A stretch of DNA of 64,000 bases from Acholeplasma sp. Lineage in GTDB: Bacteria; Bacillota_I; Bacilli_A; Acholeplasmatales; UBA5453. The stretch is from contig JAVBWN010000027.1 in assembly GCA_036677365.1 (NCBI GenBank), positions 28,238 to 92,237 of the forward strand. Reading direction: 5' to 3'. The position numbers and the translations under genes are program-made. Of the stretch, positions 10,945-20,759 are shown one piece after another. The first letter of the stretch is position 1; the number at the start of each line of letters is the position of its first letter. The notes beneath the pieces are model-generated. The model saw nothing but the letters and a program-made list of their open reading frames with translations. It was not told the origin of the DNA and ran no database searches.

Positions 10945-11915
10945 AAAAACAAAACATAGCCCCGAAAACCCTTGATAAAACCCCTAAAGTGAAACGTGCA
11001 AGCCGATTGACCCGAAAACAAAGAGAATATCTTCATGGGTTCGCATTTATCGGTTTATGGTTATTTGGATATTTGGTATTTACCTTTTACCCAATGCTTA
11101 AATCATTTTATCTAACATTCACCAAATCGTTTTATAACATCAACCGTGGGATTTACCAAGTGGAATTCAATGTCGGTCAAGGCAATTTATTTGGATTTTC
11201 TAACTATATCAACATCGTTAGAAGTCAAACACTTTTACCATTATTTAGTGACTACTTAGCCAGAATCATCATTGCAGTCCCTCTCATCATCGTGTTCTCT
11301 ATTATGATTTCGATGCTGATTAATTTGCCCATTAAAGGCAAAGGATTGTGGCGTACGATATTCTTCCTTCCAGTCATTATTTCATCCGGTCCTGTCATTT
11401 CTGAATTATCACGTCAAGAAGCAACCAGTTTACCATCAATTCAAGAATCGGCTGCTTTACAGTTCATTTTTACCAACTTGGGTGAATGGATTGCAAGACC
11501 GTTAGAAGCGTTGTTTTCTTCCTTATTGCTCATTTTATGGTATGCTGGTGTACCGATTCTCATCTTCCTGGCTGGTCTTCAAAAGATTGACTCTTCCGTA
11601 TATGAAGCCGCATCCATCGACGGTGCATCCCCTTGGGATCGTTTTTGGAAAATTACGCTACCTTCAATCAAACCATTGATCTCTGTCGCCATCATTTATG
11701 TGGTTGTCTCGATGTCTTTATTCGTAGAAGAAGGCGGCATTCTCGCCATCACCCGAACACACATGTTGAACGGGGCACCGGATTCACAAGTATGGCTTGG
11801 TTATGGCTACGCAGCGACCATCGCATGGATTTATTTCATCCTGATGGTTCTGGTGATGGTCGTATTCATTGGCCTACTCTCGATTAAGCGAAAAGAGGTG
11901 AAACGATGGGGTTAA
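10941..11915 (+). CDS. Carbohydrate ABC transporter permease (second MalF type)
   Basis: EAA motif VYEAASIDGASPW. Confidence 0.93.
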   Translation: MKKQNIAPKTLDKTPKVKRASRLTRKQREYLHGFAFIGLWLFGYLVFTFYPMLKSFYLTFTKSFYNINRGIYQVEFNVGQGNLFGFSNYINIVRSQTLLPLFSDYLARIIIAVPLIIVFSIMISMLINLPIKGKGLWRTIFFLPVIISSGPVISELSRQEATSLPSIQESAALQFIFTNLGEWIARPLEALFSSLLLILWYAGVPILIFLAGLQKIDSSVYEAASIDGASPWDRFWKITLPSIKPLISVAIIYVVVSMSLFVEEGGILAITRTHMLNGAPDSQVWLGYGYAATIAWIYFILMVLVMVVFIGLLSIKRKEVKRWG

Positions 11916-12892
11916 TCGCTAAACTCAAAGACCGCGTCGGTGACCAACACCATCGCAAAGTCAAAATTAAAAAACTCTTATTAGGGATGAATTTGACCGA
12001 TGGTTTATTATTCAAAATAGCCATCTATACCTTACTCATCAGTTTCGCTTATGTATACTTATATCCACTTTTATTCATGTTGGTCAACTCATTTAAAACG
12101 GTAGATGACCTCATTGACCCAGGTGTCAAATGGATTCCAACCACCATCGAAATTGAAAACTATAACCGTGCATTCAAAGTATTGGCGTTGCCAAGATCGA
12201 TTTTTGGTACTTTGGGTTATGTCCTTAAAGTGTCCATCGCATCGACAGTCACTTCCGCTTTGGTGGGTTATGGATTCGCAAAATTCGAATTTCCATTCAA
12301 AAAGACTTTATTCGTCTTGATGTTGGCAACCTTCATTTTGCCACCACAAGTGACCATGGTTACCAACATTGAAATCTTCAATGCTTTAGGCAAGAGTGTT
12401 CCATTTGTTTGGATTGGTGGGTTCATGAGTTCACAAAACGCCATGTTCTTCCCAGCTTTATTTGGTCAAGGCTTGAATCAATCGATTTTCATTTTGATTT
12501 TCTATCAATTTTTCAAAACCATTCCACAAGTATTGATGGAATCGGCTGAAATTGATGGTGCAGGTCAGTTCAAAATTTTCACCAAAATCGCATTACCATC
12601 AGCCATACCTTCGATTGTGATCGTTTTCCTTTTCGCAACCGTTTGGTATTGGAATGAAACGTTTATGACCGCGCTTTATGTCGGTGGTAACGTGACGATG
12701 CCTTTACGTTTAGTACAGTTTGTATCGTCGTATGAAACATTATATCCGCCTGGAACCCTCGGTTCTGAACTCAATGAAGCCATTCGTTTGGCTGGTAACA
12801 TGGTTTCCATTTTGCCATTGTTGTTGCTCTATTTCGTCGCACAAAAACAATTCACTGAAAGTATTGACCGTACTGGTATCACAGGTGAGTAA
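11906..12892 (+). CDS. Carbohydrate ABC transporter permease (second MalG type)
   Basis: EAA motif LMESAEIDGAGQF. Confidence 0.93.
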   Translation: MGLIAKLKDRVGDQHHRKVKIKKLLLGMNLTDGLLFKIAIYTLLISFAYVYLYPLLFMLVNSFKTVDDLIDPGVKWIPTTIEIENYNRAFKVLALPRSIFGTLGYVLKVSIASTVTSALVGYGFAKFEFPFKKTLFVLMLATFILPPQVTMVTNIEIFNALGKSVPFVWIGGFMSSQNAMFFPALFGQGLNQSIFILIFYQFFKTIPQVLMESAEIDGAGQFKIFTKIALPSAIPSIVIVFLFATVWYWNETFMTALYVGGNVTMPLRLVQFVSSYETLYPPGTLGSELNEAIRLAGNMVSILPLLLLYFVAQKQFTESIDRTGITGE

Positions 12893-12903
12893 GGAGGCAT
12901 GAG

Positions 12904-14016
12904 ATGAAAAAAATCAATTTACTCGTATTATTTGTGCTGGCCATCGTTTTGGTCGCATGTACAAAAGAACCCAGTCTACCCCCGTTGGAAAGTGCTGAAG
13001 ATTGCAACGAAAAAACACTCGAAGGTGGTTGGGTGTGTGTTTGGGCCGATGAATTTGAAGGCACAGAAGTCGATTTAACCAAGTGGACGTATGAAGTCAA
13101 TGGCTATGGTGGCGGTAACAATGAGTTACAATACTACACCGCAGACAACACGGTGGTTCAAGATTCCATATTAAGCATCATCGCGAAGAAAGAAGTTTAT
13201 TTAGGCAAACAATATACCTCTAGCCGTATCGTATCCAAATACAAAGGGGATTGGACCTATGGTCGTTTCATCATTCGTGCGAAGAACCCAGTGGGTGGCG
13301 GTACATGGCCTGCCATTTGGATGATGCCAACCATGAATGCATATGGTGGTTGGCCAAAGAGCGGTGAAATTGACATCATGGAATATGTGGGCAATAACCC
13401 AACCAAAGTTTCGGGTACAGTCCATACTGAAATCCGTAATGGTGGCAACACCCCAGTCCGTGAATATACTTTACCAACCGCGAATTCTGAATTTCACAAC
13501 TATGAAGTTCAATGGGAACCAGGCACCATCCGTTGGTATGTCGATGGTGTAAAATTCAATGAAGTTATTTACACCCCACAATTCACCCAACAATACAAAT
13601 ACAATCAAGTTTTCCCATTTGATCAAAACTTCTTCATGATTTTGAATCTAGCAATTGGTGGTACTTTGGGTGGTAATGTCGATGATTCGATTTTCCCTAC
13701 CGCTTTTGAAGTCGATTATGTCCGCGTTTATCAACGTGATTATGGTCAAATCGATAAAGAAGCCCCATCAAAAGTGACGGATATCAGCTTACAACAACTC
13801 GCCAATACGATATATTGGAAGCGTCCAGATGATGATTTTGGCGTCGAAAAGTTCAACATTTATATCGATGGTGAATTTAAAGGGGTTGCAAGACTCAATC
13901 AATTCACATTTGGTGGCTTAACCAAGGGACAAACCTACAGCATTCGCATTGAAGCGGTTGACTTTAGAGGTCGTGTTTCTAAATTGAGTGAACCATTCAG
14001 CTTTACATTTCAATAA
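12904..14016 (+). CDS. GH16 endo-beta-1,3(4)-glucanase/laminarinase lipoprotein with C-terminal Fn3 domain
   Basis: Lipobox LVAC; WADEF, GNNELQYY, WPAIWM, catalytic GEIDIME; Fn3-like tail (APSKV...GLTKGQTYSIRIEAVD). Confidence 0.92.
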   Translation: MKKINLLVLFVLAIVLVACTKEPSLPPLESAEDCNEKTLEGGWVCVWADEFEGTEVDLTKWTYEVNGYGGGNNELQYYTADNTVVQDSILSIIAKKEVYLGKQYTSSRIVSKYKGDWTYGRFIIRAKNPVGGGTWPAIWMMPTMNAYGGWPKSGEIDIMEYVGNNPTKVSGTVHTEIRNGGNTPVREYTLPTANSEFHNYEVQWEPGTIRWYVDGVKFNEVIYTPQFTQQYKYNQVFPFDQNFFMILNLAIGGTLGGNVDDSIFPTAFEVDYVRVYQRDYGQIDKEAPSKVTDISLQQLANTIYWKRPDDDFGVEKFNIYIDGEFKGVARLNQFTFGGLTKGQTYSIRIEAVDFRGRVSKLSEPFSFTFQ

Positions 14017-14021
14017 AAAAT

Positions 14022-14057
14022 GAAAACCGTTAAGTCGATAGGACCTAACGGTTTTTC
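14022..14057. terminator. Bidirectional intrinsic terminator between convergent GH16 and cyclophilin genes
   Basis: gaaaaccgtta...taacggtttttc hairpin flanked by A/T runs. Confidence 0.75.
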
Positions 14058-14058
14058 T

Positions 14059-14583
14059 TTAGACATATTGAGGTTTTGGATAAGCGATGCCTTTTAAATC
14101 GATGGTGACCGATTCAATCAAGATGTCTTGATGCGGTTTATCGCTGTAATCCCTTGGACTCCTGACAATCGCATCGACAACTTCGATGCCCTTGGTGACG
14201 ATACCAAAAGCAGCATAAGCACCATCGAGGTGTGGTGAGGCTTTATGCATGATGAAGAATTGTCCAGTGGCTGAGTTCGGATTGCTGGTTCGCGCCATGG
14301 AGATGACGCCGCGTTCGTGAAGCAATGGGTTAGCAAAGCCGTTTTGTTTAAATTCACCACGGATGGGTTTAAGTTCACTGCCCCAGCCCCCTTGAATCAT
14401 GAAATTGGGAATAATTCGATGGAATTTAAGGCCTGTGTAATAACCGCGTTCAACCAGATCGATGAAGTTATGAACGGTATTGGGTGCGACCTCAGGAAAT
14501 AAGGCTAATTCGATGGTGCCGAAATCTTTGACCACCATAACCACCTGTGGATTTTTTGGATTTAGATAAGTCTCGTATGACAT
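14059..14583 (-). CDS. ppiB: Cyclophilin-type peptidyl-prolyl cis-trans isomerase
   Basis: APNTVHNF, FHRIIPNFMIQGG, SMAR, QFFI, HLDGAYAAFG. Confidence 0.93.
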   Translation of the reverse strand: MSYETYLNPKNPQVVMVVKDFGTIELALFPEVAPNTVHNFIDLVERGYYTGLKFHRIIPNFMIQGGWGSELKPIRGEFKQNGFANPLLHERGVISMARTSNPNSATGQFFIMHKASPHLDGAYAAFGIVTKGIEVVDAIVRSPRDYSDKPHQDILIESVTIDLKGIAYPKPQYV

Positions 14584-14715
14584 GATGATACCTCCATTGG
14601 TTTCATTATACTAAATGGCTATGGTTTTGTCATCTATTGGATTTCCATAGCATTTTAGCCTTAATTATTATATAATTAGTATGTTGAAAATATTTCTATA
14701 GATGAAGGGGAACCT

Positions 14716-15438
14716 ATGGCTAAATTTAAACTGGCTTTTGAAGAAAACTTTGATTATACTGGGCAGCCTGACCCAGCGGTATGGACATATCAGGTCGGAC
14801 CCAAATGGGCAAACAATGAAAAACAATGTTACGTCGATTTTAAAGAAAATTGTTTTGTCAAAGATGGTGCATTAAATATCATCGCGACCAAAACCAATGA
14901 CCCAGGGTGTCCATACCACTCGGCAAGATTGATGACTAAAGATAAAAAACACTTTCAATATGGTCGTTTTGTCGTTAGAGCGAAGATGCCACAAGGGCGT
15001 GGGGCATGGCCTGCAGTTTGGTTTTTAGGCACGACGAAAGAACACCGATGGCCAGCGATGGGTGAAATCGATTTATTGGAATTTGCAGGTAATCGTAAAA
15101 ACCAAGTGACGTGTGCCATTCATACGCAAACCTATAACCACAAGATCGATACACATAAAGGGGCAACCCACAAAATGACCGACTTAGAGGGACAATTCCA
15201 CGATTATATCTTAGAATGGACACCCGACTATTTATCATTTCAAGTCGATTATCATGAAATTCTTAAAGTCGAAAAACAACCGAACGATACATTTGCTGAG
15301 TGGCCATTTGATCAACCCTACTACATGATTGTCAATCTCGCTGTGGGTGGTTGGTATGCGGGTGAAATCGTGGATAAAGATTTACCATTTCACTTTGAAG
15401 TAGCTTTCATTCGCCATTATGAGCTTATAGAAGCATAA
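14716..15438 (+). CDS. Cytosolic GH16 glycoside hydrolase
   Basis: WANNEKQCY, WPAVW, catalytic GEIDLLE, WPFDQPYYMIVNLAVGG; no signal peptide. Confidence 0.9.
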   Translation: MAKFKLAFEENFDYTGQPDPAVWTYQVGPKWANNEKQCYVDFKENCFVKDGALNIIATKTNDPGCPYHSARLMTKDKKHFQYGRFVVRAKMPQGRGAWPAVWFLGTTKEHRWPAMGEIDLLEFAGNRKNQVTCAIHTQTYNHKIDTHKGATHKMTDLEGQFHDYILEWTPDYLSFQVDYHEILKVEKQPNDTFAEWPFDQPYYMIVNLAVGGWYAGEIVDKDLPFHFEVAFIRHYELIEA

Positions 15439-15462
15439 AAGCCGTTTATTTAACGGCTTTTC
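15437..15462. terminator. Hairpin terminator between convergent GH16 and rarA, overlapping the rarA stop
   Basis: aaaagccgtt...aacggctttt followed by T-run. Confidence 0.6.
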
Positions 15463-16678
15463 TTTTTTTGATCCATTCTAAGCGTTCTTTTAGTGCTGTT
15501 TCGTAGGTGGAATCGTCTTTCGGTTCATAGTAATGTTTGTCTTTTAAATTGTCTGGTAAATAGGTTTGATCTACCATGGCATAGGGATAATTGTGCGGAT
15601 ACTTGTACAAAGAAGCGTCTCCTTTAATCTCTCGGTTGATGATGTGTTTTGGGATTGGTCCAGAGGCACCCTGTTGAAAATCTTCAATGGCATGGTCGAG
15701 TGCCTCAAGTGCAGTATTCGATTTAGGTGAAAGTGCACAATCGATGACAGCCACAGACAAAGGGATGCGGGCCTCAGGTAAACCAAGTTTAATCGCTGCG
15801 TCACAAGCCGCCATCACTTTTGGACCGATTTGAGGGTTGGCTAAGCCAATATCTTCATAAGCAATGACCATCAAACGGCGGGTTAAGGATACCAAATCTT
15901 GCATCACGATGAGGCGTGCTAAGTAATGTAAACTCGCATCTACATCCGACCCTCGTATCGATTTTTGAAAAGCACTGAGTACTTCATAATAGTTATCCTG
16001 ATCGCCATCGAGCTGTAAAACGGGTTTGCCGATGGCTAGTTTCGCAATCTTCGGCGTAATGATGTCATAGTGTGTGAGCAATAATGTCGCCTCAAGCATG
16101 TTCAATGCGGTTCTGATTTCACCACCCGCGCTTTGAGCAATATACGCAAGGGTGTCTTTAGTGAGTGTAAGATGGGTATCGATTTCGTCTGATTTTAATG
16201 CGAGTTCCAAAACGTGGATGATGTCTTGTTCGGTGATGTCATTGAGCTGGTATATATGACAGCGTGATCGAATCGCTGGGTTGACGGTGATGTAGGGGTT
16301 ATTGGTCGTCAAACCAATGATGGTAACCTTGCCTTCCTCGACGTAAGGCAATAAGTAATCTTGAATGTCTGTTTTCATTCGATGTATTTCATCGATGATC
16401 AATAGCACATCATGATAAGCCGTCATATCGATGATTTCTTTCAATCGTTGTTTTGAATCGGTGGCTGCTGAAAATTGGTAATCATCCAATTGGGCTTTTT
16501 GTGCTACCAAGGATGCAATCGTGGTTTTGCCTGTACCTGGGTTGCCATACAAAATAAAAGAGATGAGTTTATTTTGATCAATCATGTGGGTAATGATGCC
16601 TTCTTTGCCAATCAAATGGTCTTGACCAACCACATCTTCAAATCGTGTTGGTCTTAGCCTGTGTGCGAGTGGTTTCAT
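15446..16678 (-). CDS. rarA: Replication-associated recombination protein A (MgsA/RarA AAA+ ATPase)
   Basis: PLAHRLRP, Walker A GNPGTGKTT, IDEIHR, SAFQKSIRGSD, EDIGLANP, YKYPH. Confidence 0.95.
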   Translation of the reverse strand: MKPLAHRLRPTRFEDVVGQDHLIGKEGIITHMIDQNKLISFILYGNPGTGKTTIASLVAQKAQLDDYQFSAATDSKQRLKEIIDMTAYHDVLLIIDEIHRMKTDIQDYLLPYVEEGKVTIIGLTTNNPYITVNPAIRSRCHIYQLNDITEQDIIHVLELALKSDEIDTHLTLTKDTLAYIAQSAGGEIRTALNMLEATLLLTHYDIITPKIAKLAIGKPVLQLDGDQDNYYEVLSAFQKSIRGSDVDASLHYLARLIVMQDLVSLTRRLMVIAYEDIGLANPQIGPKVMAACDAAIKLGLPEARIPLSVAVIDCALSPKSNTALEALDHAIEDFQQGASGPIPKHIINREIKGDASLYKYPHNYPYAMVDQTYLPDNLKDKHYYEPKDDSTYETALKERLEWIKKRKAVK

Positions 16679-16777
16679 CCAATCAACTCCTTAATCATTT
16701 ATGATTATAGCACATTATGCTTGCAAGCAGACGACCAACAAGGCTAAAATAGAAGCATCAAGAAAGGGTGTGTTCAT

Positions 16778-17554
16778 ATGTTAAGGTATTTTGAAACCAT
16801 CATGGAGTCATTAAGAGGCAAACAAAACCCGATGGTTGACAAAACAGAGGGCATTTTTTATTTATTCAGCAAAGAAGAAGGCATCGTTTCTGGATTGGAT
16901 GAAATTCAAACATTGATCCAATTGTATGACATCGATATCGTATTTAGAAAACACAAGAACAATGGACAATCCGTCAAACGTGGTGAGATTTTATGTTCTA
17001 TGCAAGGTGAAAAAGATGCCATTTATTTAATCTTGCCGAGCCTCACCTATGTGGTTGGCAAGATGATGGGGTTGGCCAGTTTGGTTCGGTTATACCAATC
17101 CAAACTACAAAACGCTGCCATCATCGATTTGGGTGAATTTTCAACATATGAAGCCGGGATTGCTACAAAAGCCATGAAAGATGGCGGTGCTGTCCAATTG
17201 GATTTATTTAAACTCGATGAAGTATTGTTGGATATGTATGGCAACCGTTCGATAGCGATTGAAAAAGCCAAACAAATTCAATCTAAGCCCGTAATGGTTG
17301 AAATTACAGACATCCAACAGTTTTATGAAATCGAATCTTCGAGCATCGATTTCATTTGCTTGAAGTATTTTAACGATGAAGCGATTCGCCGTGTTATTTT
17401 GGATAACCGTGGGAAGAAGCGATTGATCATTGGTGGCTTGATTTTGCCACAACGTTTAGATGTGATTGGTTCTTATCAATTTGATTATTTGCATACAACC
17501 TTGTTCACAAACGCCGCGAGAATCTATGATATCGGTGTGAAAGTTGGCGTTTAG
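16778..17554 (+). CDS. NadC/ModD (quinolinate phosphoribosyltransferase)-fold protein lacking the catalytic motifs
   Basis: KEEGIVSG, GQSVKRGE, VMVEI, IDFICL, IIGG align by eye to NadC; TRKT, NHR and KDNH are absent. Confidence 0.6.
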   Translation: MLRYFETIMESLRGKQNPMVDKTEGIFYLFSKEEGIVSGLDEIQTLIQLYDIDIVFRKHKNNGQSVKRGEILCSMQGEKDAIYLILPSLTYVVGKMMGLASLVRLYQSKLQNAAIIDLGEFSTYEAGIATKAMKDGGAVQLDLFKLDEVLLDMYGNRSIAIEKAKQIQSKPVMVEITDIQQFYEIESSSIDFICLKYFNDEAIRRVILDNRGKKRLIIGGLILPQRLDVIGSYQFDYLHTTLFTNAARIYDIGVKVGV

Positions 17555-17609
17555 TCTAGTAAAAACATGGTTTTTATAGTAAAATAATGATGTTACACGG
17601 AGGAATTAT

Positions 17610-18122
17610 ATGAACTTAAAAGATTACATCGCATCGATTGAAAATTTCCCAAAAGAAGGTATTTTATTTAGAGATATAACCCCGCTCATGCTCAATGGCG
17701 AAGCGTATAAATATGCCTGTGACCAAATGGTTGACTTTGCAAAGAAAGTTGGTGCAACCGTCATCGTAGGTCCTGAAGCGCGCGGCTTCATTTTTGGTTG
17801 TCCTGTGGCTTATGCCTTGAATTTGGGTTTCGCACCTGTGAGAAAACCAGGGAAGTTACCCAGAGAAACCGTGACTGTTAAATACGATTTGGAGTATGGT
17901 TCGAATGAACTGTCCTTGCACGCTGACGCCGTTAAAAAAGGTGACCGTGTCCTCATCGTTGATGACTTATTGGCGACCGGTGGTACGGTTGACGCAACCG
18001 TCCAACTCGTTGAAAAGTTGGGTGGCATCGTTGTGGGTGCTGCATTCTTTATTGAACTAGAAGCACTGAATGGCAGAGAAAGATTGTCTAAATATCCGAT
18101 TTTTGCTTCATTGAAATACTAG
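17610..18122 (+). CDS. apt: Adenine phosphoribosyltransferase
   Basis: [38 protein letters not shown]. Confidence 0.98.
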   Translation: MNLKDYIASIENFPKEGILFRDITPLMLNGEAYKYACDQMVDFAKKVGATVIVGPEARGFIFGCPVAYALNLGFAPVRKPGKLPRETVTVKYDLEYGSNELSLHADAVKKGDRVLIVDDLLATGGTVDATVQLVEKLGGIVVGAAFFIELEALNGRERLSKYPIFASLKY

Positions 18123-18131
18123 GGTGATAGT

Positions 18132-20315
18132 TTGGAAACGTTGATGACATTCGAAAAATTAATCGAAAATGTCAAGACTTACATCAGACGTGAAAGTGAC
18201 TTGGCTAGACTTGAGGCGGCATATCAAATGTCGTCTTTTAAACATGCCAGTCAAACACGTAAAAGTGGTGCCCCGTACATCACCCACCCACTCGCCGTTG
18301 CCTATATATTGAGCGAGCTCTCTGCGGGTCCAAATACGCTCATCGCTGCATTATTGCACGATACACTCGAAGATACCCAAACCACCTACGATGAAATCAG
18401 AACCCAATTTGGCGATGAAGTCGCACAATTGGTCGATGGGGTGACCAAGATTGGTAAACTCTCATTCAATCAAGAGGTGTCACAAGCGGACAATCATCAG
18501 AAAATGCTACTTGCGATGGGCAAAGACATTCGTGTCGTCTTAATCAAAATTGCGGATCGATTGCATAACATGCGTACCATTCATTACCAGTCATCCGAAA
18601 AACAATTGAAGATTGCCAATGAAACGTTAGAGATTTACGCACCTCTCGCCCATCGATTGGGTCTATTTAAAATTAAAGCTGAACTCGAAGATTCCTCTTT
18701 GCGTATCGTCAATGGGCCATTTTATCATCGAATCAAACATTTGATTGAAAACCAAGAACAAATTAAAAATGTGTCGATTGAACATATGATGAGTAAGATC
18801 AGAGAACACTTAGATGAACACCATGTGTCGCATTATCAAATCTCAGGTCGTACAAAAAACATTTACTCCATCTATAAAAAAATGACAAAACAAAACAAGG
18901 ATTTTGAGGATATTTATGATATCTTAGCCATCCGTGTTATTGTCGATAAAATTGAAGACTGTTATCAAGTATTGGGTGTCATTCATGCCCATTTCATTCC
19001 GATTCCAAAGCGCTTTAAAGACTATATCGCTGTACCTAAACCAAACATGTATCAATCCTTGCATACGACCATCCTATCCGATGATGGGTCGATCTTTGAA
19101 GTTCAAATTCGCACCTATGAAATGGATAAAGTCGCTGAATATGGGATTGCTGCCCACTGGGCATACAAAGAAAGTAAAGAATACTCCAAAGAAAAAGAAC
19201 AATTTGAAATTGCTCAAAAATTGAAATGGTATGCCGATCTACTCAAAATGAGTGAAGATGCCGATGACAAGAATGAAGGGGCCAATGAATTTGTTCAAAC
19301 CGTCAAAAATGACATTTTGGATGCCAACGTATATGTATTCACACCCAAGGGCCAAGTGGTTGAACTCACCAAAGGGTGCACACCCATCGACTTTGCTTAC
19401 CGCATTCACTCAGATGTTGGTAACAAAATGGTTGGCGCATCGGTCAATAACCGAATTGTCCCTCTCGATTATGAATTACAAACCGGGGACATTGTTGCGA
19501 TTAGAACGTCTAAAAACGTGACGGGTCCATCCGAAGACTGGCTTAAAATGGCCAAATCTTCCCACGCAAGACATAAGATCAAAGGCTTTTTAAATAAACA
19601 GAACAAAGACAATTTACAACAAATGGGTAAGGACATGATTGAACGTGAAATCAATCCACTCAAACTCGAATTGTCTCAAATCACCGATGATTTCGTTGCG
19701 AAACACTTTTCAAAGAACATGACCAATACGGTCGATGAGTTGTTTGTTGAAGTTGGTAAAGGCATCATCAGTCCAAAAACAGTTGCAGCAAAATTATCCG
19801 GTAAAGAATTGGATAAAGAAACGATGTTGCAACGTCAACTCGACAAAGCCAAACGCATTTTGACCACCAATCATGAATCGGGTCTGATTGTTGAAGGACT
19901 ATCCACACCACAGATCAAAATCGCCAACTGTTGCTTACCTGTACCTGGGGACTCAATCGTAGGCTATGTTACCAAAGGTAGTGGCATCGCCGTTCACCAT
20001 GAGAACTGCCCAAATGTCAAAAACCTCACTGAAATGCGCTTTGTTGATGTTTACTGGGCAACCAATATTACTAGAAAATACCCAACACGCATTCAAATCA
20101 TTGGACAAAATCGGGATAATATCCTATCTGAAATCATTGCGACCATCAACGCAACTTCATTGACCATCGCTGAAGTCAATGCCATCAGTAATGCAAGATT
20201 AGAAAGCATTACCACCTTAAAGATATTGACCAATAGTAAGTCCGAAATCGAAAATGTGATGGTCAACTTGATGAAAATCAACAACATTTATCACATAGAA
20301 AGAAGATTTAAATAA
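18132..20315 (+). CDS. rel: Bifunctional (p)ppGpp synthetase/hydrolase
   Basis: HD motif LLHDTLED, RFKDY, YQSLHT, EVQIRT, TGS domain, CC motif, ACT-like C-terminus; TTG start. Confidence 0.97.
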   Translation: METLMTFEKLIENVKTYIRRESDLARLEAAYQMSSFKHASQTRKSGAPYITHPLAVAYILSELSAGPNTLIAALLHDTLEDTQTTYDEIRTQFGDEVAQLVDGVTKIGKLSFNQEVSQADNHQKMLLAMGKDIRVVLIKIADRLHNMRTIHYQSSEKQLKIANETLEIYAPLAHRLGLFKIKAELEDSSLRIVNGPFYHRIKHLIENQEQIKNVSIEHMMSKIREHLDEHHVSHYQISGRTKNIYSIYKKMTKQNKDFEDIYDILAIRVIVDKIEDCYQVLGVIHAHFIPIPKRFKDYIAVPKPNMYQSLHTTILSDDGSIFEVQIRTYEMDKVAEYGIAAHWAYKESKEYSKEKEQFEIAQKLKWYADLLKMSEDADDKNEGANEFVQTVKNDILDANVYVFTPKGQVVELTKGCTPIDFAYRIHSDVGNKMVGASVNNRIVPLDYELQTGDIVAIRTSKNVTGPSEDWLKMAKSSHARHKIKGFLNKQNKDNLQQMGKDMIEREINPLKLELSQITDDFVAKHFSKNMTNTVDELFVEVGKGIISPKTVAAKLSGKELDKETMLQRQLDKAKRILTTNHESGLIVEGLSTPQIKIANCCLPVPGDSIVGYVTKGSGIAVHHENCPNVKNLTEMRFVDVYWATNITRKYPTRIQIIGQNRDNILSEIIATINATSLTIAEVNAISNARLESITTLKILTNSKSEIENVMVNLMKINNIYHIERRFK

Positions 20316-20755
20316 TGCGCGCCGTCATTCAAAGGGTAACACGTGCCTCTGTCACGGTTTTAGATTATCATCGTTCGATTGGCCTAGGGTATATGATTTT
20401 ACTGGGTATCCATGTGGATGATACCGACGAAGATTACGACTACATGCTTAAGAAAATCTTAGCGTTACGCATCTTCGAAGACAGTGAAGGTAAAATGAAT
20501 TTGAGTTTATCTCAAGTCAATGGCAGTATTTTACTTGTTTCTCAATTCACATTGTTGGGTTCTGTGAAAGGCAATAATCGGCCATCATTTACACAGAGTG
20601 CGAAGCCAGATAAAGCGCTTGCTTATTATGAAAAATTATATAATGATTTAAAACAATCGGTGCCTGTGGTAGAAAAAGGGTTGTTTGGTGAAGACATGAC
20701 GATTGAACTTACCAACCAAGGCCCTGTCACCATCCTCATCGATACGAAGGAGTGA
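20315..20755 (+). CDS. dtd: D-aminoacyl-tRNA deacylase
   Basis: MRAVIQRV, SQFTL, NQGPVT. Confidence 0.97.
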   Translation: MRAVIQRVTRASVTVLDYHRSIGLGYMILLGIHVDDTDEDYDYMLKKILALRIFEDSEGKMNLSLSQVNGSILLVSQFTLLGSVKGNNRPSFTQSAKPDKALAYYEKLYNDLKQSVPVVEKGLFGEDMTIELTNQGPVTILIDTKE

Positions 20756-20759
20756 TCCG

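Noticed and set aside
16778..17554. Annotation as functional nadC or as a pseudogene
   Set aside because: Catalytic motifs are missing, but the frame is intact and full length
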